Assembly (NCBI RefSeq): GCF_018350175.1
Contig: NC_058382.1
Location: 13,888,001 to 13,952,000, forward strand
Origin: Felis catus
Lineage: Eukaryota
Direction of reading: 5' to 3'
DNA: 64,000 nucleotides
Shown here: one piece after another, positions 60,036 through 64,000 of the stretch
Position numbering within the stretch: the stretch's first letter is position 1
Layout of the letters: each line of letters begins with the position of its first letter
Notes under the pieces: generated by a model
Databases searched by the model: none
What the model saw: the letters and a program-made list of their open reading frames with translations, nothing else
Told to the model about the DNA's origin: nothing
Made by a program: the position numbers and the translations under genes

Positions 60036-62559
60036 CTGTTGTGAGGCACAGCAGGGTGGGGTCACTGCCGAGGCTGGGGAGGGCGGGGGATGGGATGCAG
60101 CACGGAGGGGAAGCGGGTGGACCAGGGGGCTTCCTGGGAGTGCTGCTCCCTAGCTCATTGGGGTGAGCGAAGCCCACTAGTTCAGCAGTCTTGAGATTCC
60201 CCATAGGCCTCAGCAAAGGTGGGGAAGAGTCTGTCCATTTCTCTCTGTCCTCGTCATCGTTTTCTTTAGACCCTTGTCTTTCTGTCCTTTTCGAATGAGT
60301 AAAAATAGGCCAGGTCACACACCAAAAACTTGGAAACCTCACTTCTGTCCTGAAACCAAGTCAGACCTTCTGGAGAAAATGATAGAGGCAGGACTTGATG
60401 AATGGAGGCTGAACCACAGAGAAAGACACAATTAGAAACAGATGGCAAGGTGACGACAGAGACAGAGAGGGACAGAGATGGACACTGGGGCAGTCAGGAG
60501 AGCTGCTCACCAAACAGCTCCAGCCCATCCTCCCTTCTAGGGACATCCCTGCTACCTTGAACTTCGGCTACTGGCTTGCTTTGGCAAGTGAAATGCCTAA
60601 GCGTTAGAGCCAGTACGTGATTCTCCATGTTCCTTTCCCTGCTGTGGAAGTGGGTGGGGAGTGAGGAAAGAGAAATAGAAGCTTCCTCGGTCTGGGCCTT
60701 GAGTGAAGACGTCACCCACCAGTGGCCCATGGTGCATGTGCAGTGTCAACGATAATAATCCTTCGTGGTTCCAAGTCACTAAGTTCGGGGGTTGCCTGTT
60801 ACCACAGCAAATCCTGACCTAGCCTGACTAATACAGTGACAGGTTACCAAAAGACAAAGAGAGAAATCTAGAAAGACAGAAAGGGAGACACGCATACCAA
60901 GTGATGACGGGAAAGAAAAAAATAAATGGAAGCAAAGAAAGAGAGAGAACAGCAAGAGAAAACCAGTAAAGCAAACCGAAAACAAAGATTTCATTGTATC
61001 ACGTTGACTCAATCAAGAGGTTCTTGAGACTGGCTTAGAGTCTGATTCACATGTATGAGCACGCGTGCAGACACATGAATACATTCTCTGCTCCAGGCAT
61101 ATGGCAGTCCCTTAGACAAGTATTAGGAGAATGGGTCCTCTCCAGAGAAGGAATCTGTGTGGCTCATTCCCCCACTACCTTGGGGTCAAGGCCATGTTCT
61201 CTCCCGCCTACTCAGAGCCCAGCTACCTAGCAGACATCTAATTGACAGTGGGAAGGTCAGGCAGAGGCAGGGTGTTGGACTACGAGATTCAGGAAGGGCT
61301 ATTCCTTCCACCCTCCAGCTGCCAGCCATGAAGGGGAGGTGATTAATAAAGGTTCCTGTTTACTAAGTACCTGGAACATTCCAGGCACAATGACAAAGAC
61401 TCGGTGAGCCATAACCTACTTAATCCTAAAAACACAACCCCAGGAGGATTGTTGACACTGTGTTACAGAGGAAACAGAGGCTCAGGGGGATGAAGTCACT
61501 TGCCTAAATCACACAGCACAGTGCTGGGGTTCTAACTCTGAACGCACTGCCCTGGGCTTACACACTACAGCCCTGCTGGGCTATAAACTCTGAAGGCAGG
61601 GATTGGGGTTGTCATGGTTATGACTGTGTCCCCAGCCCATGACCTAGCACACAACAGCTGTTCCAAAAGCATTGCTTGGATTGAGGGAGGTTAGTTGTAA
61701 CTATCTTTTTTTTTCTTTTTAATCATAAGCAGTTCATATCTTGTCTCTTTCTTGGACCTGATGGTTAATCTGCGCTTTCTCAGATGATTTCATGATGGTC
61801 TCATCTCCCATGTCCCCTCCTCCAGGAAGTCCTCTCTGATACCTCAGGTGTGGCCAATCACCTCCTGCAGTCTTCCACGACACTAGGCGTCCCCCATCCC
61901 AGCCCCCTGACCACTCTGTATGGTGATGGGCCTGTCTTCTCCACTGGCCTGGGAGCTCCATGAGGGTAATGTCTCAGTCACTGCTGTGTCCCTAGCAAAA
62001 CCAACGCAGGGCTGGACACACACCAGAGGCTCCGAGACTGTCAGTGGTCTGATTAGGAGCACAGGATGGATGTGTGAAGGAAGGACGCGGGGAGGAAAGG
62101 AAGAAAGTTGTGGGACTTCTAAGGTCAGATGGGATTTCAAAATTAAGCCAGAAGGAAGCAAGGGTTTGTTTTCTGGGCGGTGGGAAATGAGTGAGCAACA
62201 GCTCACGAGTGGAGGCAGGATGGTGGCAGGGCGTTCGAGGAACAGTGTGCACTTTGGCCTCCTTGCAGTGGAGGGGGGTTAGGAAGGGAGAAGGGCAGCT
62301 GAATGCGGGAAGCAGGCCTGGAGACAGGAAGCTCTAAACACAGGGTTGAACTCCTGATCGCTATCTGGAGGGCCCTGGGGAGCCACGGAGGGTGATGAAA
62401 AGCAGGGAGAGTTCAAGAGTTGACCAGAGGTGGGTCTTGGAAGCAGATTCTGGAAGGATGAAGAAAAACTGGAGACACGGAGGCGTGGGAAGAAAGCAAG
62501 TTAGGGACGGATCCACCCATACACCCCAGAGCTTGAAATAACTGGGTTTTCAACTCAGC

Positions 62560-62900
62560 CAGGACTGAGTTAGAATCCTGGCTCCGACCAGGCTTGGCCA
62601 GCCCTAAGCAAGTGACCTCACCTCTGCACACCTGTTCCCTCATCTATAAAATGGAGACAATAATAGTCCCAATGTGATTGTGCTGTTATAAGGGTTAACA
62701 CGTACACAACCCTTAGAAAAGTGCCTGGTATGCGAAGGGTTTGAATCCCCGCTCTGTGTCTTCCAAAGTGTGTGACCTTGGACAAGTGTCATTGACCTCA
62801 TCTGTAAAATGGGGATAATAACAGTATCTCCCTCATAGGGCTACTGTAAGGATTAAAAAAGTTAATACGAGCAAGGAGCTTAGTACAGAGCTGGGCGTGA
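62560..62900 (+). mobile_element. Two tandem MIR fragments; further MIRs at ~17080-17310, 40270-40420, 43880-44100, 51210-51400, 54020-54220, 59440-59690
   Basis: MIR core words CCTCATCTGTAAAATGGGGATAATAACAG and GTGACCTTGGACAAGT. Confidence 0.65.
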
Positions 62901-63537
62901 GTACTAGTTGCTATTTTTTTTTTTTCCCATCCACTCCCAGATCAGCTGTTTGGAGATGCCAAGAACGTGAGAGAGTAGGTGGAGGGAACAGCTAAGGCAG
63001 AAAGACCAGAGGGTCAACTCCTGTGCTCTGGCACAGGCAGGTTGAGGCAGGTCTGTCTCTACCTGTGGCCACACGTGTGAGCACATTCCTAAGGGAGCCC
63101 CCGTGGGGTGAGGGGGGCTCAGGGCAGACTCTGGCCAGGGGCCCCAGACAATGGGAGGGCCCAGCAGGCCAACCTACTTGAGTCTGTCACACCTGCCTCC
63201 CAGCTGACCTTCCCTGAACCTGCCCTGCCAGCCCTCCTGATTCACCAGGAGAGAACCGCACCCAAGGTGGGGGGCATGGGGGTGGGGTGGGGTGGCGGTG
63301 AGGGTGGAGGATGTAAACAAGAGTGTGCAAGGGGCCCCCTGGGGAGCTGGAAGGCAATGGTAAAACCAGATGGTCCCTGGCTAAGCTGGGGGTCCTCAGC
63401 GTTTGGGGCTCACACAGCCCTCTGAGAAGCTGATAAAAGGGGGGGGGGCTCACTCCCTACAAAAGCAAATGGCTAAAGGGTGGCAAAGGTTCATGACCCC
63501 TTAAGGCAGCCACAGTGCCTTAAAAATTTAGAGTAAA

Positions 63538-63715
63538 GGGGCACCTGGGTGGCTCAGTCGTTTAAGTGTCTGACTCTTGATTTCAGCCCAGGTCATCATC
63601 TCACGGTGCTGAACCTGCTTGGGATTCTCTCCCTTCCTCCCTGCCTCTCCCCTGCAGGTGAGCTCACGCGCGCGCGCTCTCTCTCTCTCAAAATAAATAA
63701 AAATATGTTTTAAAA
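63538..63715 (+). mobile_element. CAN-SINE in ITPKC intron 1
   Basis: GGGGCACCTGGGTGGCTCAG head; AATAAATAAAAA tail. Confidence 0.85.
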
Positions 63716-64000
63716 ACTTAGGTTAAAAAGTGTACCCTTTCTGTCCTCCTTTACTTGTGCTCTTCTAGAGGATCCGACAGAAACCATACACAGTTGCTTC
63801 AAAAATATGTGTGTAAACACACACAGACTCCCACGATCACACAATTTCAGGAGTCCCTGGGCACCATTAAGTCAGCCAGTGGCTGTCCATTTTAGACCCC
63901 AGGACCGGAGGCAGTGGGTGAGGAGAAAGGGAAAGGATCAGGAGGATGCCTGGAGTGGGTCGGTAACCTGGCTGTCAGAGGGAGGAGGTCGACAGATAGA

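Overview
Mammalian genomic DNA, almost certainly a cat-family carnivore: it carries about 25 CAN-SINEs, several of the felid SINEC_Fc type. The gene order matches human 19q13.2 read in reverse. Left to right: a CYP2T-family P450 (+, 9 exons) that appears pseudogenised, EGLN2/PHD1 (-), RAB4B (-), MIA (-), SNRPA/U1A (-), a bidirectional CpG promoter, ACTMAP/C19orf54 (+), and exons 2-7 of ITPKC (-; exon 1 lies beyond the window). I walked every visible exon through GT-AG boundaries. Summed lengths give intact ORFs for EGLN2 (405 aa), RAB4B (213 aa), MIA (131 aa) and ACTMAP (350 aa); SNRPA gives 282 aa only if the expected 173-nt exon 2 fills its gap. Five short N-gaps are present; two hide most of SNRPA exon 2 and the expected U1A 3'UTR PIE element. 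The best leads are: (1) CYP2T inactivation by a 1-nt frameshift, a 12-nt deletion and a heme-loop R-to-P change; (2) a decayed copy of part of the first EGLN2 coding exon in the next intron, with its own splice acceptor; (3) a candidate poison exon with a strand-specific 13-bp hairpin in SNRPA intron 3; (4) a duplicated octamer/forkhead module upstream of EGLN2; (5) a U12-type intron in ACTMAP. I found no prokaryotic-type system and no true tRNA or rRNA gene. Family assignments of old repeats are by eye, and their boundaries are approximate.
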